Assembly (NCBI RefSeq): GCF_009914755.1 | Contig: NC_060948.1 | Reading direction: 5' to 3' (one strand) | DNA from: the human T2T-CHM13v2.0 reference genome, Homo sapiens | Length of the DNA: 64,000 bases | Shown: positions 14,135 through 36,429 of the stretch, in pieces | Position numbering within the stretch: position 1 is the first letter of the stretch | Layout: each line of letters opens with the position of its first letter | Notes under the pieces: generated by a model | Database searches by the model: none | What the model was told of the DNA's origin: nothing | The model's input: the letters and a program-made list of their open reading frames with translations, nothing else | Made by a program: the position numbers and the translations under genes

Positions 14135-14624
14135 GGGTATCCACACAACTGTGGATGCCCATAGATAGTGCGGACTTCACCCCATGTTCCAGAAACCTGC
14201 AAAGAGGCAAGGAGGCCACGCGCCCCATACATTCTTTTCGGCGACTTAATACTCCCACAGCACGCTGTGTGTTTCCCCAGAAATGACATCAGCCAATTAC
14301 ACTTTCAAATCAAATGCCTTCCCGATGGGCGAAACTGGAAATGTGAAAACACTTTAATTCTCGGATAATGTAATGGTTTACATCTGGGGCTCTTCAGGCA
14401 GCCCACGGCTCGTTCACGTTGCTCCCTTCCAAGAAATGTTTGCAGTATGTGTCTTGTTTAATAACGATTTAACCACGGAAAATAAATGCTTTCCTCTTAG
14501 GCGTCCACCTGTCTATCACCCAGAGTCTGGGAGGACGGCCCTTCTTTTCAACGGGATTTGCCAGGCCAGTCTCCATGAATCATTTGACAAAAACCTCTAA
14601 TGGTTTCCTTTTTTTTTTTTTTAA

Positions 14625-16128
<1,504 letters not shown>

Positions 16129-16149
16129 TAAATAGCAGAATCCCCCTCA

Positions 16150-17004
<855 letters not shown>

Positions 17005-17327
17005 CTACGCCGTTCCTCCTCGGGGAACACATGGGCAGAGGCTGCACTGGGAAGGCCCCCAGCCGTTGCAGGGTGAGTAATTTCCGAGCGTGCAATTATA
17101 AAGAACCGGAGTGCAGCAGCTCCCCAAGGCACCCCCGGATTCCCGCAGTGTGCACGTAATTGCAGCCAGACAGTAACCTCGCTGTGGCCTGTGTCCCAGC
17201 CCTAACCCCGCACCCCGCTTGACGCTCCCACATATGGGACAATTTTCCAAGCTGATTGCTGGAAACTGATGAAGGGAAGTTATGTGGTCTCTTGTGACGG
17301 GCGGTCCCACAGCTGCTCTGGTCGGAA

Positions 17328-17602
17328 AGAGAGAGAGAGAGAGGAGAGAGAGAGAGACAGACAGAGGGAGAGGGGAGAGAGAGACAGACAGAGAGGAGAG
17401 AGAGAAAGAGGGGAGAGAGAGAGACAGAGACAGAGAGAGGGGAGAGAGAGAGACAGAGAGAGAGGGGAGAGAGAGAGACAGAGAGAGAGGGGAGAGAGAG
17501 AGAGGAGAGAGAGAGAGAGACAGAGACAGAGGGGAGAGAGAGAGAAAGGGGAGAGAGAGAGACAGAGGAGAGAGAGAGACAGAGAGAGATACAGAGAGAG
17601 AG
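17328..17602 (+). repeat. (GA)n/GGGGAGA purine-rich simple repeat
   Basis: Direct reading. Confidence 0.97.
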
Positions 17603-17870
17603 ACCCTGGAAGGTATTTTCTCTGTGCTCCAATTCCAGGGCATATTTTGGAAGAAAAGGGATCATGCTGGTGGTTTTGCGGAAGGTCAGTGCCAGAGTTG
17701 AGGAAGAGGAAGATGTCACTTTGGCAACTCATTGTCAAGTTCTCCAAAAATCAGGGAGGTGGGGAGCTGGAGTCAGGGAGGGAGGAGAGGAGGAAGCAAC
17801 AGCCACCCACACAGGGAAGGATCTCTCCTCTCTTCCTCTCCATCTGCCACACCGTGACCCCATCCCTTGA

Positions 17871-18750
<880 letters not shown>

Positions 18751-18953
18751 CTTTACTTTATGGAGAGAAATACGCAATTTCTACGTAGTGCTTTTGTTTT
18801 AAAATGCAGCTTGATCCTCAGACCATGAGAGGCAGGCATTTTACAGAAGAGACATCAGAACTTTCTAGAAGGTGGGTGATTGTTCAGTGCCTCTTCAGAG
18901 AACAAGTTGCAAAACCGAGGAAATTGCAACTTCTGAGCCTAAATTCAAGGGTT

Positions 18954-19282
<329 letters not shown>

Positions 19283-19646
19283 TCAGCCATGCTGTCCCAG
19301 GTCCCCAAACTCTTAACCTTTTGCGTTTCATAGAAAGTGCTAGGATTTACAAAGATGCCACTACCCTCGCCAGCCCACTAAGATGAAAGTGAGATGCCAC
19401 CTGTGATGGCCATTGGAGCACCTTGCCACCCTCCTCAATGGGCACCGGTGAGGAGGGTGACAGGCGCTTGGAGTCCCTGTGGGTTCTGGGATTCTGAGCT
19501 GTCACAGCGATAAGCCAGGGTCGATGGTTTCCTGAGGAGTTTGGCAAGCCTCAGTCCTTGGGTTCATTCCTCAACATTCGTGAAACAAAACAGACTTTTC
19601 AAATCGTGTTTAAAACAATTAGCGTGTTTACCCAAACAAAGGTTAA

Positions 19647-20029
<383 letters not shown>

Positions 20030-20475
20030 TCAAAGCTCATCTCCTAAGGCATGCAGAAACTCAGCTCCACAGATCTGAGGTCTAAATGAGCAGGGCAACC
20101 TTGCTTATGGAGACGCGGGCAGGCAGGGAGAACAGGGTCTCTGCCCAGGCCACCAAGGAGGAGGCAAGATGCCAGATGGAGAAGGGGTTGCCCCAAGCCC
20201 CAGGTTGACATGGAAGTTGGGAACAGCCAAGCAGAGAATCTCAGGATCTCCATGGAGGCTAAGAACGTTTCATTGGAGATTCAACTTTTGCAATAAGCAG
20301 TGCTGGGTTACATAAGTGCCTAATTAAGACCCTTGGAACTAATTATATAGGACAGAGAGGAGGTGATGGTGAAGACGTGAGATTCTAAGCTGTGATGATA
20401 CTTACCACATGAGAGGATCAAGACCCACTGATGAACTCCTGGTAGTAGAGAGAGGATATGCAGATAGGGAGGCAG

Positions 20476-21030
20476 CTAGCTAGACAGATAGATAGATGAC
20501 AGATAGATAATTGATACATAGATTATAGATTCAATAGATAAATACACAGAGAATACATTAGATAGATGGATGGATAGATAGATGGATGAATGGATAGATA
20601 GATATATCAATAGATAGATAGGTAGGTGGATAGAGAGATGATAGATAGATAATTGATACATATAGATTCAATAGATAAATACATAGATAATACATTAATA
20701 GATGGATGGATAGATAGATGAATGGATAGATAGATATATCAATAGGTAGGTGGACAGATAGATAATTGATACATAGATTATAGATTCAATAGATAAATAC
20801 ATGGATAGATAATACATTAGATAGATGGATGGATAGATGGATGAATGGATGGACACAGACATAGATAGATAGATCAACAGATAGGTAGGTGGATAGATAG
20901 ATACATAGATGATTGATTGATAGGTAGAAGATAGATGATGAATATATAGATAGATGATAGATGTTAGATAGATATTTAGATACATAGATCAATAGATCAA
21001 TAGGTGATAGATAAGCAATATACAGATAGG
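20476..21030 (+). repeat. Complex TAGA satellite (copy A)
   Basis: Recurring gataattgatacatagattatagattcaatagataaatacat motif. Confidence 0.95.
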
Positions 21031-21149
21031 AACTCTCCAGTCAGCCTAGACTTAGCTAGTCAAGGTCCCACCTGTGGAGTTTCCAGGTGAACCTCATCTC
21101 TATTAGCCTTCGAGTCCACGTAAATCATGTATCTACATCTGCCTGGATT

Positions 21150-21810
<661 letters not shown>

Positions 21811-21834
21811 TTTTAAATTCATGTTATGTTGTTA

Positions 21835-23601
<1,767 letters not shown>

Positions 23602-24316
23602 CTTTACAGTCCTTTTTAACGCACTTCTAAAAGAAACCATCTCAGCCACTTTTACACATCTGCAGGTGAGAGGAGTGTGGGGCACGGGTTTCCCCGATGA
23701 CCCGGGGAAGGGATCAAGTTGATAAGTGTCCACTTTGCAACACCAGCGTCTACCAGGTACTGCCAGGCAGAAGCTCAAACCCATGCGTGACTTTTCCTTG
23801 GCTTTTTTTTTTTAAATAAACCTCTGTTCAAAAATAAACTTAACACGTTTTTCTGGAGCACCCCGAACCTGTTCCCAATTTCTTGTCCAAACAATGAAAA
23901 ATACACAAGTGCATTATTTTAAGGGTGACTCTAGCTGACCTTTCCGGGGGGGAAAAACACAGCACCGGCCTGGAGCCCGAAGCGTGTTCAGAGCGTTTGA
24001 TGTGGCGTTTGATGTTCAGGCAGGGGCCACCTGGGTCGGCCTGTCATCGAATGACGTTTTCACACCAGTCCCCAAAGCAGGAGATCTGGAAAATCTGACA
24101 TCCAAGGTTTTAGATCTTGGCTTAGAAAAATAGACATTCCAAGATGCCTGAAGTGTTTAAGTGGCTATTGCTAATTGGATGGTGTTGACTGTGGAGGTAA
24201 ATGGATCCCAAATTGAAATGGGAGATTAGATGATTAGACGTATTCTCCAGACGCTTACAAAAACAATTATGTGTGTGCGTGTGTGTGTGGAGAGAGAGAT
24301 AGAAAGGTATATTGAC

Positions 24317-24690
<374 letters not shown>

Positions 24691-24844
24691 CTAGATAGAA
24701 ATAGATAACTGTCAGAACGAGATAGATGGTAGATAGATAATTAATAGAAAAGAGATAAATTAGGACAATTAAAGCAATGACAGACCTAGGTAAATAAATG
24801 ATAGATAACAGATATATTATTAATACATAGGAATAGATGAGTTA

Positions 24845-25320
24845 ATAATATATTAGTTAATAATATTATATTAATATTAGTTACTATACTACTATTAGTT
24901 AATAATTAGTTAATTATTAGTTAATAATATTAGTTAATATATTAGTTAATGATATATTAATAATAATATATTAGTTATTAGTTAATAACTAATATATTCG
25001 TTAATATTATATTAGTTAATGATATATTATTTAATAATATATTGTTATTAATAATAATTAATATAATATAATATATTATAATATATTAACTAATATTATT
25101 TAATATATTATAATATATTAAATATTAGTTAATATATTAAATAACATTAATAATACTAATTATATTAGTTATACTAATAATATTAGCTAATTAGTTAATA
25201 ATTAGTTAATAATTAACTAATTATATATAATAATATATAATAATATATAATTAGTTAATAATTAGTTACTTATTAGTTATTATACTATTAATGTTAGTTA
25301 ATAATAGATGAGTTAATATT
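24845..25320. repeat. Extremely AT-rich low-complexity block (TAGTTAATA/ATATT units)
   Basis: Almost entirely A/T, with repeated attagttaat and its inverse attaactaat. Confidence 0.95.
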
Positions 25321-25351
25321 ATATTATTAATACATAGGAATAGATGAGTTA

Positions 25352-26470
25352 GATTACATAAATGATAGAGATAGGTAGATAAATATATAACAGATATATA
25401 GGGAGATAACTGGATAGATGCATAGATGATAGCTAGATAGGCAGATAGTACAGGGATGATAGGTAGATAGATACAGGAATAGATGTTAGGTAGACAGATA
25501 ATTGATACATAGATTATAGATTTGGTAGATAAATACATATATAGATGGATGGATAATAGATAGAGGATGGATATATAGTAGATGATAAATAGTAGAAAGA
25601 TGATAGGTAGATAGACAGCTAGATGGATAGATGATAGGTAGATAAGTGATACATAGATTATAGATTCAATAGATAGATAATACATTAGATGGATAGATGA
25701 ATAGATAGATACAGGGATAGATGATAGGTAGACAGATAATTGATACATAGATTATAGATTCGATAGATAAATACATATATAGATGGATGGATAATAGATA
25801 GATGATGGATATATAGTAGGTGATAGTAGAGAGATGATAGGTAGATAGACAGCTAGCTAGCTAGATGGATAGAAGATAGATAATTGATACATAGATTATA
25901 CATTCAATAGATAAATAGATAATACATTAGATGGATAGATGAATAGATAGCTACAGGGATAGATGATAGGTAGATAGATAATTGATACATAGGTTATAGA
26001 TTCAATAGATAATATATATAGATAGATGGATAGACAGATGGATACATGGATGGATGATAGATGATGGATATATAGTTAATGATAGATAGATAGTAGAGAG
26101 ATGATAGGTAGATAGATAGCTAGCTAGCCAGACAGATAGATGATAGGTAGATAATTGATACATAGATTATAGATTCAATAGATAAATACATAGATAATAC
26201 ATTAGATGGATAGATAGATGGATAGATAGGTAGATAGATAGGTAAGTGGATAGTTACAGGGATAGATGATAGGTAGATAGATAACTGATACATAGATTAT
26301 AGATTCAATAGATAAATACACATATAGATAGATGGATAGATAGGTGGATGGATAGATGATGATGGATATATAGTAGATGATAGATGATTGATAGATGATA
26401 GATGTTAGATAGATTATAGATAAATAGATCAATAGATCGATAGATGATAGATGGGTAATAGATAGGTAGG
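25352..26470 (+). repeat. Complex TAGA satellite (copy B) with ~240-bp higher-order repeats
   Basis: gataattgatacatag motif at about 25497, 25736 and 25977, and at further sites. Confidence 0.93.
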
Positions 26471-28459
26471 AACTCCCCAGTCTGCCTAAGATATTTTCTG
26501 TTATTTTATAAGACATAACCCTCATGAGTTCTTTTCTATCTGCTGCTGCTGTTATTCTGAAAATAGTGTAAAGTTTTGGAGTTTCAGGTACAAGAGGACC
26601 CTGCAGATATCAGCCACCTGCTTTTCCCTCCCTTCCTGGGGAGGTTCGGTTCTGCCTCACACGCACTCACTCCTACATCCCTGTGGGTCTCAGAGCTGCC
26701 CCCTCCTTGTCTGCAAAGAGGGAGGTGTGGTACCCACTCCGGGGACCCCCTCCATCCTTGGAGCACTCAGTGTGCAAGTCAGCCTGGCTTTCTCCTTCAC
26801 AGACAAGTGGCATTGTCACAAGACAGCGTGGGCCACTCAGGGGACTCTCACCGTCATGAGGCTGGCATTGAGTGACACTGCGTTAGAGACAGAGGCAACC
26901 TCGAAAGGCATATGGGCCCTGCTTCCCTCTTCTCAGAAACGAGGAGAGCCTCTGGTAGACAAACCACACAATGATCTTTTGGGGTGAAACCTCAGGCTCT
27001 GTTCACTCACTGGCATTGTCAAACCACTGGCATTGTCAAACCACACCTGCAAAGAGCTGGCAAACTATTCCCTAAGCACAGAAATCCTCACGCTTATCTG
27101 GGGCCATTCTGAGCCCTGCAGGTGGCTAGGGAGAGAGCCATAAGGTATTTCTTGTGGCAGGGGCGGGGGCCCTCTCTGGCATTCTCAGGGCTGCCCCCAG
27201 AACCTGGAATCAAGCAGGAGAGAGAAGGACATCATCTAGAGAAGGCTTGCTCTCCGTGAGGCCGTGGAGTCCTGCCCCAGCGGAAAATAAACTTCTTAAT
27301 ACGATTGAGATCAACAGACCGGGCTTTTCTCTGTGATACATTTAAGCAAATTGAATGTAATTACCTCAATTGAATTCAGAGCAAGGCCTGCCCTGACCTT
27401 CCGCTGAAGCGTTCTGCCCGCTTGGGGAGCAGGCCGGGGCACACATGACATCATTTGGACAATTTGCACATATTTATACAATTTGTCATTATTCCATCTG
27501 TACAGGCTGGAGGCTGAGAGGTTTGCCTCCAGCACCGCTGTGAAATCAGGCCTGTGAGAATGACGTGCTGGACATACCTCTTGTGTGTGCTATTTACTTC
27601 GAATTCAAGTATACATGGTCACTAGTGGGGGGAGTGGGGTGGACGTGTGTGTGTGTGTGTATGTGTGTGTGTGTGTGTGCCGGGCAGAAGATGCAAATCC
27701 ATTGACACAAATCAACAAGCAATGTTATGATATAAGGGAGGGAAATGAAGCCAGCAGGTGCTATAATACGTGTCAAAAAAAAATCTGTTCTAAGCTTATG
27801 CCGCTGTAAGACAACAGACAGCTGTGTAGAGGTGTGGCTTCAGTGACGGCCGAGGAAGGGTTATCTGCAGGTACAGCCATGCCATGTCAGAGGTGTCTGT
27901 ATTCCGACCTCAGGCACCGAGGTCCTGCCCACGAATGTTGTGGTAACGTGGGGATATATTTGAAGGAAAACAGAGAGGTGTCTGGATGGCCTGTTTTGTT
28001 GCAGGAAGCAAACCAGCATGATGCAGGCAGCCTGAACTGAGAAAAGGAGGTTTCCAGATTTCCAGAGACACACTGAGTTCACTTCCATGCACCAGGGAGA
28101 AAAGCTCATTCAGGGACCTCCGCTGTATTACGAAGTTTCATTTCTCCTGCAATGGGAGTCCACAGCAGCCTCGTGGAGGGGACATTCCTCCCAGCCTGCG
28201 TATCATAGACTCAGCTACAGGCTTAGGGTCCTCAGGTTGCCCAAGGATGCTGGAGGTCCACAGGTCAACTGCAGGGAGACGGATTCCCCAAATGAGCAAG
28301 AGGGTTCTGGTGCTGAGGAAATAGATTAGTAGCTCCTGGCAGGTGTGGCTTCACGACCGTAAGGAAATGGAGGCAAAGAGTTGTTGGGCATGTAGAACTT
28401 TCATTTCTTCCACATTTATTCAGAGAAACGGCATATGCATTTTTGGTAGAAGTACGTCC

Positions 28460-29950
28460 CATGCAATATTGCTGTTGATCTCGAATTCAAGTGTACCTGG
28501 GCACGCATGCATACTGCTGTTCACCTCGAATTCAAGTGTACCCGGGCATGCATCTGTTCTGCTATTTATCTTGAATTCAAGTATACCTGGGCACGCATGC
28601 ATACTGCTGTTCACCTCGAATTCAAGTGTACCTGGGCACGCATGCATACTGCTGTTCACCTCGAATTCAAGTGTACCTGGGCATGCATCCATACTGCTGT
28701 TCACCTCGAATTCAAGTGTACCTGGGCAAGCATGCATACTGCTGTTCACCTCGAATTCAAGTGCACCTGAGCACGCATCTGTTCTGCTGTTTATGTAGAA
28801 TTCAAGTATACCTGGGCATGCATGCATACTGCTGTTTATCTCGAATTCAAGTATACCTAGGCACGCATGCATACTGCTGTTCACCTCGAATTCAAGTGTA
28901 CCTGGGCATGCATCCATACTGCTGTTCACCTCGAATTCCAGTGTACCTGGGCACGCATGCATACTGCTGTTCACCTCGAATTCAAGTGTACCCGGGCATG
29001 CATCCATACTGCTGTTTATCTCGAATTCAAGTGTACCTGGGCACGCATCTGTTCTGCTGTTTATCTCGAATTCAAGTGTACCTGGGCATGCATCCATACT
29101 CCTGTTCACCTCGAATTCAAGTGTACCTGGGCATGCATCCATACTCCTGTTCACCTCGAATTCAAGTGTACCTGGGCACGCATGCATACTGCTGTTCACC
29201 TCGAATTCAAGTGTACCTGAGCATGCATCCATACTGCTGTTCACCTCGAATTCAAGTGTACCTGGGCACGCATCTGTTCTGCTGTTTATCTCGAATTCAA
29301 GTGTACCTGGGCACGCATCCATACTCCTGTTCACCTCGAATTCAAGTGTACCTGGGCATGCATCCATACTGCTGTTCACCTCGAATTCAAGTGTACCTGG
29401 GCATGCATCCATACTCCTGTTCACCTCGAATTCAAGTGTACCTGGGCATGCATCCATACTGCTGTTTATCTCGAATTCAAGTGTACCTGGGCATGCATCC
29501 ATACTCCTGTTCACCTCGAATTCAAGTGTACCTGGGCATGCATCCATACTCCTGTTCACCTCGAATTCAAGTGTACCTGGGCACGCATGCATACTGCTGT
29601 TCACCTCGAATTCAAGTGTACCTGGGCACGCATCTGTTCTGCTGTTTATCTCGAATTCAAGTGTACCTGGGCACGCATCCATACTCCTGTTCACCTCGAA
29701 TTCAAGTGTACCTGGGCATGCATCCATACTCCTGTTCACCTCGAATTCAAGTGTACCTGGGCATGCATCCATACTGCTGTTTATCTCGAATTCAAGTGTA
29801 CCTGGGCATGCATCCATACTGCTGTTCACCTCGAATTCAAGTGTACCTGGGCACGCATCTGTTCTGCTGTTTATCTCCAACTCAAATGTACCTGAGCATG
29901 CAACTGTTCTGCTGTTTACCTCGAATTCCACTCTACCTGGGTACGCATGC
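28460..29950 (+). repeat. 45-bp minisatellite, about 33 copies, with an EcoRI site in nearly every unit
   Basis: Unit gcatgcatccatactgctgttcacctcgaattcaagtgtacctgg. Confidence 0.98.
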
Positions 29951-30817
29951 CGTACTTTGATTGGTTAACTAGAGAGATTTGAAAAGCAAACGATCATTAT
30001 TTTCCCCAAGTTTCAACTTTGTTCAGATAGAAGCTAAGAAATTCCACACCATGTATATATTCCTTGTAAAGTTTGCCCAGTACCTGAGCCAGCACCTAGG
30101 GATGGAAGGGCAGACAGTGGAGGTTGGGGTGCACACAGATTTGGGTGACCCAGACCAAATCTGATCTCCTAGAACCAAGAGATCCCACAGAGACAGGACA
30201 AATTGGCCTGTTTGGGGCCGGCGTGCTGCAGGATCCCAGACGCCACTCAACGGCCGCCCCATCGCACTGGAAACCTCAGAATATATTTGTGAACTCACTA
30301 CAAAAGACTACATCAAACCAGATGAGGCGTGACGGAATTAAAGTCTGGGAGTCAGAGAATGGCCGTGGCCTGAAGCCAGGTGTGAGGCAGCGTTTCAGGC
30401 CCCGAGGACGGTTGTTCCAATTACAGCCCGGGATGACCTCATGCCGAGGGTATGGCCAGAATATTAAAAATTCCTGCAGCAGATGAATGCGAGGGGTCTG
30501 GCGTGAGGGGACCGGGGAGGGGTGCAAACATGTTTCATTTTATTTCAACACTCAGCCTCGACCCGCACGGCGGTCAGAGAGGAAATTGCCGGCTCCCTGC
30601 CTCATGTTCTGCTGATTGGCAGACAGATTTACAGCACATGGAAGAAACAATTAGGACGGAGCCTCCACCGACTACAAAGCAAGGAAATAAATTCCCATAA
30701 TGAGACGGCCAAACGCACAAGGTACGAATGATCTATGGGCTCGTGTCTAGGGTATAAAATGTCAAAACGCCCCGGGGTCGTGCTGAGTGGTTCTCTGTGA
30801 CAGATGGTGCACAGATT

Positions 30818-33624
<2,807 letters not shown>

Positions 33625-33630
<6 letters not shown>

Positions 33631-33646
33631 TATCTATCTATCTATC

Positions 33647-33689
<43 letters not shown>

Positions 33690-34088
33690 ATCTATCTATC
33701 TATCTATCATCTATCTATCAATTTCTAGTTTATCAATCATCTATCTATCAATCATCTATCTCTCTAATTTATTATCCGTTTATGTACCTATCTCATCTAT
33801 CTATGTGTGTATCTATTATCTATCTCTAATTTATTTCTCATCCATATATCTATCATCTATCCTCTCATCTCTATCTGTTTATCATCTACCTGTTTATCCA
33901 TCATCTATCTCTAATTTATTTACTACCCATTTATCTATCTCATCTATCGTTTCTGTCTTTCTATCATCTATGTGTGTATGTATCTATCATCTATCTCTAA
34001 TTTATTTATTATCTATATGTATCTATCTATCTATCTATCTATCTTCATCATCATCATCATCATCATCATCATTTATGTATCTATCATC
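33625..34088 (+). repeat. (TCTA)n complex satellite
   Basis: Direct reading. Confidence 0.95.
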
Positions 34089-34183
34089 CAGGCAGGGCAG
34101 GAGAGGAGAAGAATGAATTATCTAATATAACCCTGAAAAACATGGGACCATATTTCTACCACTTCCCAGAATTAAGTCTAACA

Positions 34184-34397
34184 CAGGCTTTTTCAGCCCT
34201 GGCACAGCTGACATTTGGGGCTGGAGGACTCTCTGTGGTGGGGCCGTCCTGGGCACTGTAGGGTGTTGAGCAGCGGCCCTGGGCTCCCCAAGCAGGTGCT
34301 AGGGCCACCCTCTCCCCAGCTGTGAAAACCAAAGATGTCTCCAGACATTGTCCAGTGTCCTCTGGGGGACAAAATTATCCCTGGTTGCAAACCACTT
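34184..34397 (-). mobile_element. MER20 DNA transposon fossil
   Basis: ggcacagctgacatttggggctggag...gccgtcctgggcactgtagggtgttgagcagc...aaccaaagatgtctccagacattg...ctggttgcaaaccact. Confidence 0.88.
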
Positions 34398-34399
34398 CC

Positions 34400-34433
34400 A
34401 TAGACAGACAGATAGACAGATAGATGATAGATC

Positions 34434-34485
<52 letters not shown>

Positions 34486-34738
34486 GGATGGATGATGGAT
34501 AGACTAGAAATTGATAGATGATAGATAGACGATAGATTACATAGACAGATAGATGATAGATTAGGTAGATAGATAGATGATGGGTAAACTAGAAATTGAT
34601 AGATGATAGATGATAGATAGATAGATGATAGATTAGATAGATGATGGATGAACTAGAAATTGATAGATGATAGACAGATGATAGATTAGATAGATATAGA
34701 TTAGATAGATAGATGATGGATAAACTAGAAATTGATAG

Positions 34739-34783
<45 letters not shown>

Positions 34784-35569
34784 GCTAAAAAACTGGAAGT
34801 ACATGATAGATTAGATTGATAGATGAGAGATTGCAGATAGGTAGATAAGATAGATGATACATAATGAAAGGAAGATGATAGGTGATTGATGAATTAGAGA
34901 CAAATAGATAAAAAGACAATAAATAAAGTTGAGATAGATATGATAGATAGATAGATAATAGGTAGATGGATATATACATGGATATATTGATAATAGAGGA
35001 AATAGATGAGAGATGATAGATATGATAAATGATAACTACATAGGTGATTGATAGACAATAAGTGATTGATACATATATAAATTGCAGATAGATTAGAGAT
35101 AGATAAATGGAGACAGACAATAGATAGATAGATGATAGATAGATGGATAGATAGATAGATAGATAGATAGATAGAATGGATGGATAAATGATGGATGGAT
35201 GGATGGATGGATGGATGAATGATGGATGAATAGATGGAAGGATGGTGGATGGATGGATGAATAAATGGATGGTTAGATAGATGATAAATAGATAATAGAT
35301 AGGTAGGTAGGTAGATAGATAGATAGACGATAGATAGAATGAATGGATGGACAAATGATGGATAGATGGATGGATGGATGGATGGATGGATGGTGGATGG
35401 ATGGATGGATGGTGGATGGATGGATGAATAGATGGATGGATAGATAAATGATAGATGATAAATAGATAAATAATAGGTAGATAGATAGACGATAGATTTG
35501 ATAGATAGATGATAGATTTGATAGATGATAGATTTGATAGATAGATAGATAGATGATAGGTAGATAGAT

Positions 35570-35621
<52 letters not shown>

Positions 35622-35642
35622 GCAGATGATGGCTAGGTAGAT
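34400..35642 (+). repeat. (TAGA)n/(TGGA)n complex satellite
   Basis: Direct reading. Confidence 0.96.
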
Positions 35643-36429
35643 CTAACAGCATGGAGAAGCCGGTGCCATCTGGGACCCTTTGGTGTAGGTGGGGTCAGGT
35701 ACCCCAACTCGCAGAAGCAGAATTGGGGCTGAGCTCCAGGACACGCTGCTGCTTTGAGTCCAGCTGGTGGGAAGAGCTGTGGACAGGGCACCCCCTAGGC
35801 ACCTGCCCATCCCTCCACCCATGCATCAGCCCCCAAGCTCAGTGCCCGGGTTCTCTCAGGGGGAAAATGAGCTCTCGGATCTTTTCACTAAATTCCTTTT
35901 GTGCATAAGCCAGCTGGGGTGAGTCTCACTAGTTCACAACTACAAGCACCGATGAACCAGCTGCAGCCACGCCTCCAGTCTGGGTCACTGGACAGATGTA
36001 AAAAGGAGAGACATGAACTCAGGTGTCCTGGAGGGATTTCCTGAGGCACAAGGAGTGGGTTTCCTGGACCTGGAAAATGTCTCATCACCTGTGCTGTGGG
36101 TCACTGCCCACATATGTGCAGACATGAGCTCAAACGTCAGCAGGGTTCAAACCCTAGAGCTGGAAGCTGCCACAGAGGTCATTGGTGAAGACGCTTCCTT
36201 TTAAAGATGGGGAAACCAAGGCGGATGATTTTCATTCTTTGCTGCACGGCCTCCCTCTGGACTCTGTCCCCACCTCCCATGGGAAATTCCCTGTAGGAAT
36301 CCCAAATGGAGGCGCTGAGATGGCAGCCGTCAAAGCCAAATGTGGACATGGATTGAAGACATACCACCGGCTCCTGTACGAGTCAGGATTCTCCACAGGA
36401 CCCCAGAGGAAGGGCTCACTTCTCCAACG

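Noticed and set aside
27008-27043. cactggcattgtcaaac tandem dimer (and a 23-bp dimer at about 11670-11712)
   Set aside because: Ordinary microduplications, too short to imply function.
28460-29950. CRISPR-like regular repeat array (likewise 13178-14134 and 57110-58025)
   Set aside because: The units are contiguous with no unique spacers, there are no cas genes, and the DNA is primate.
28420-29960. 503-aa and 444-aa ORFs with 15-aa repeats
   Set aside because: They result from a 45-bp (3n) minisatellite lacking stops; there are no unique domains, splice context or codon-level evidence.
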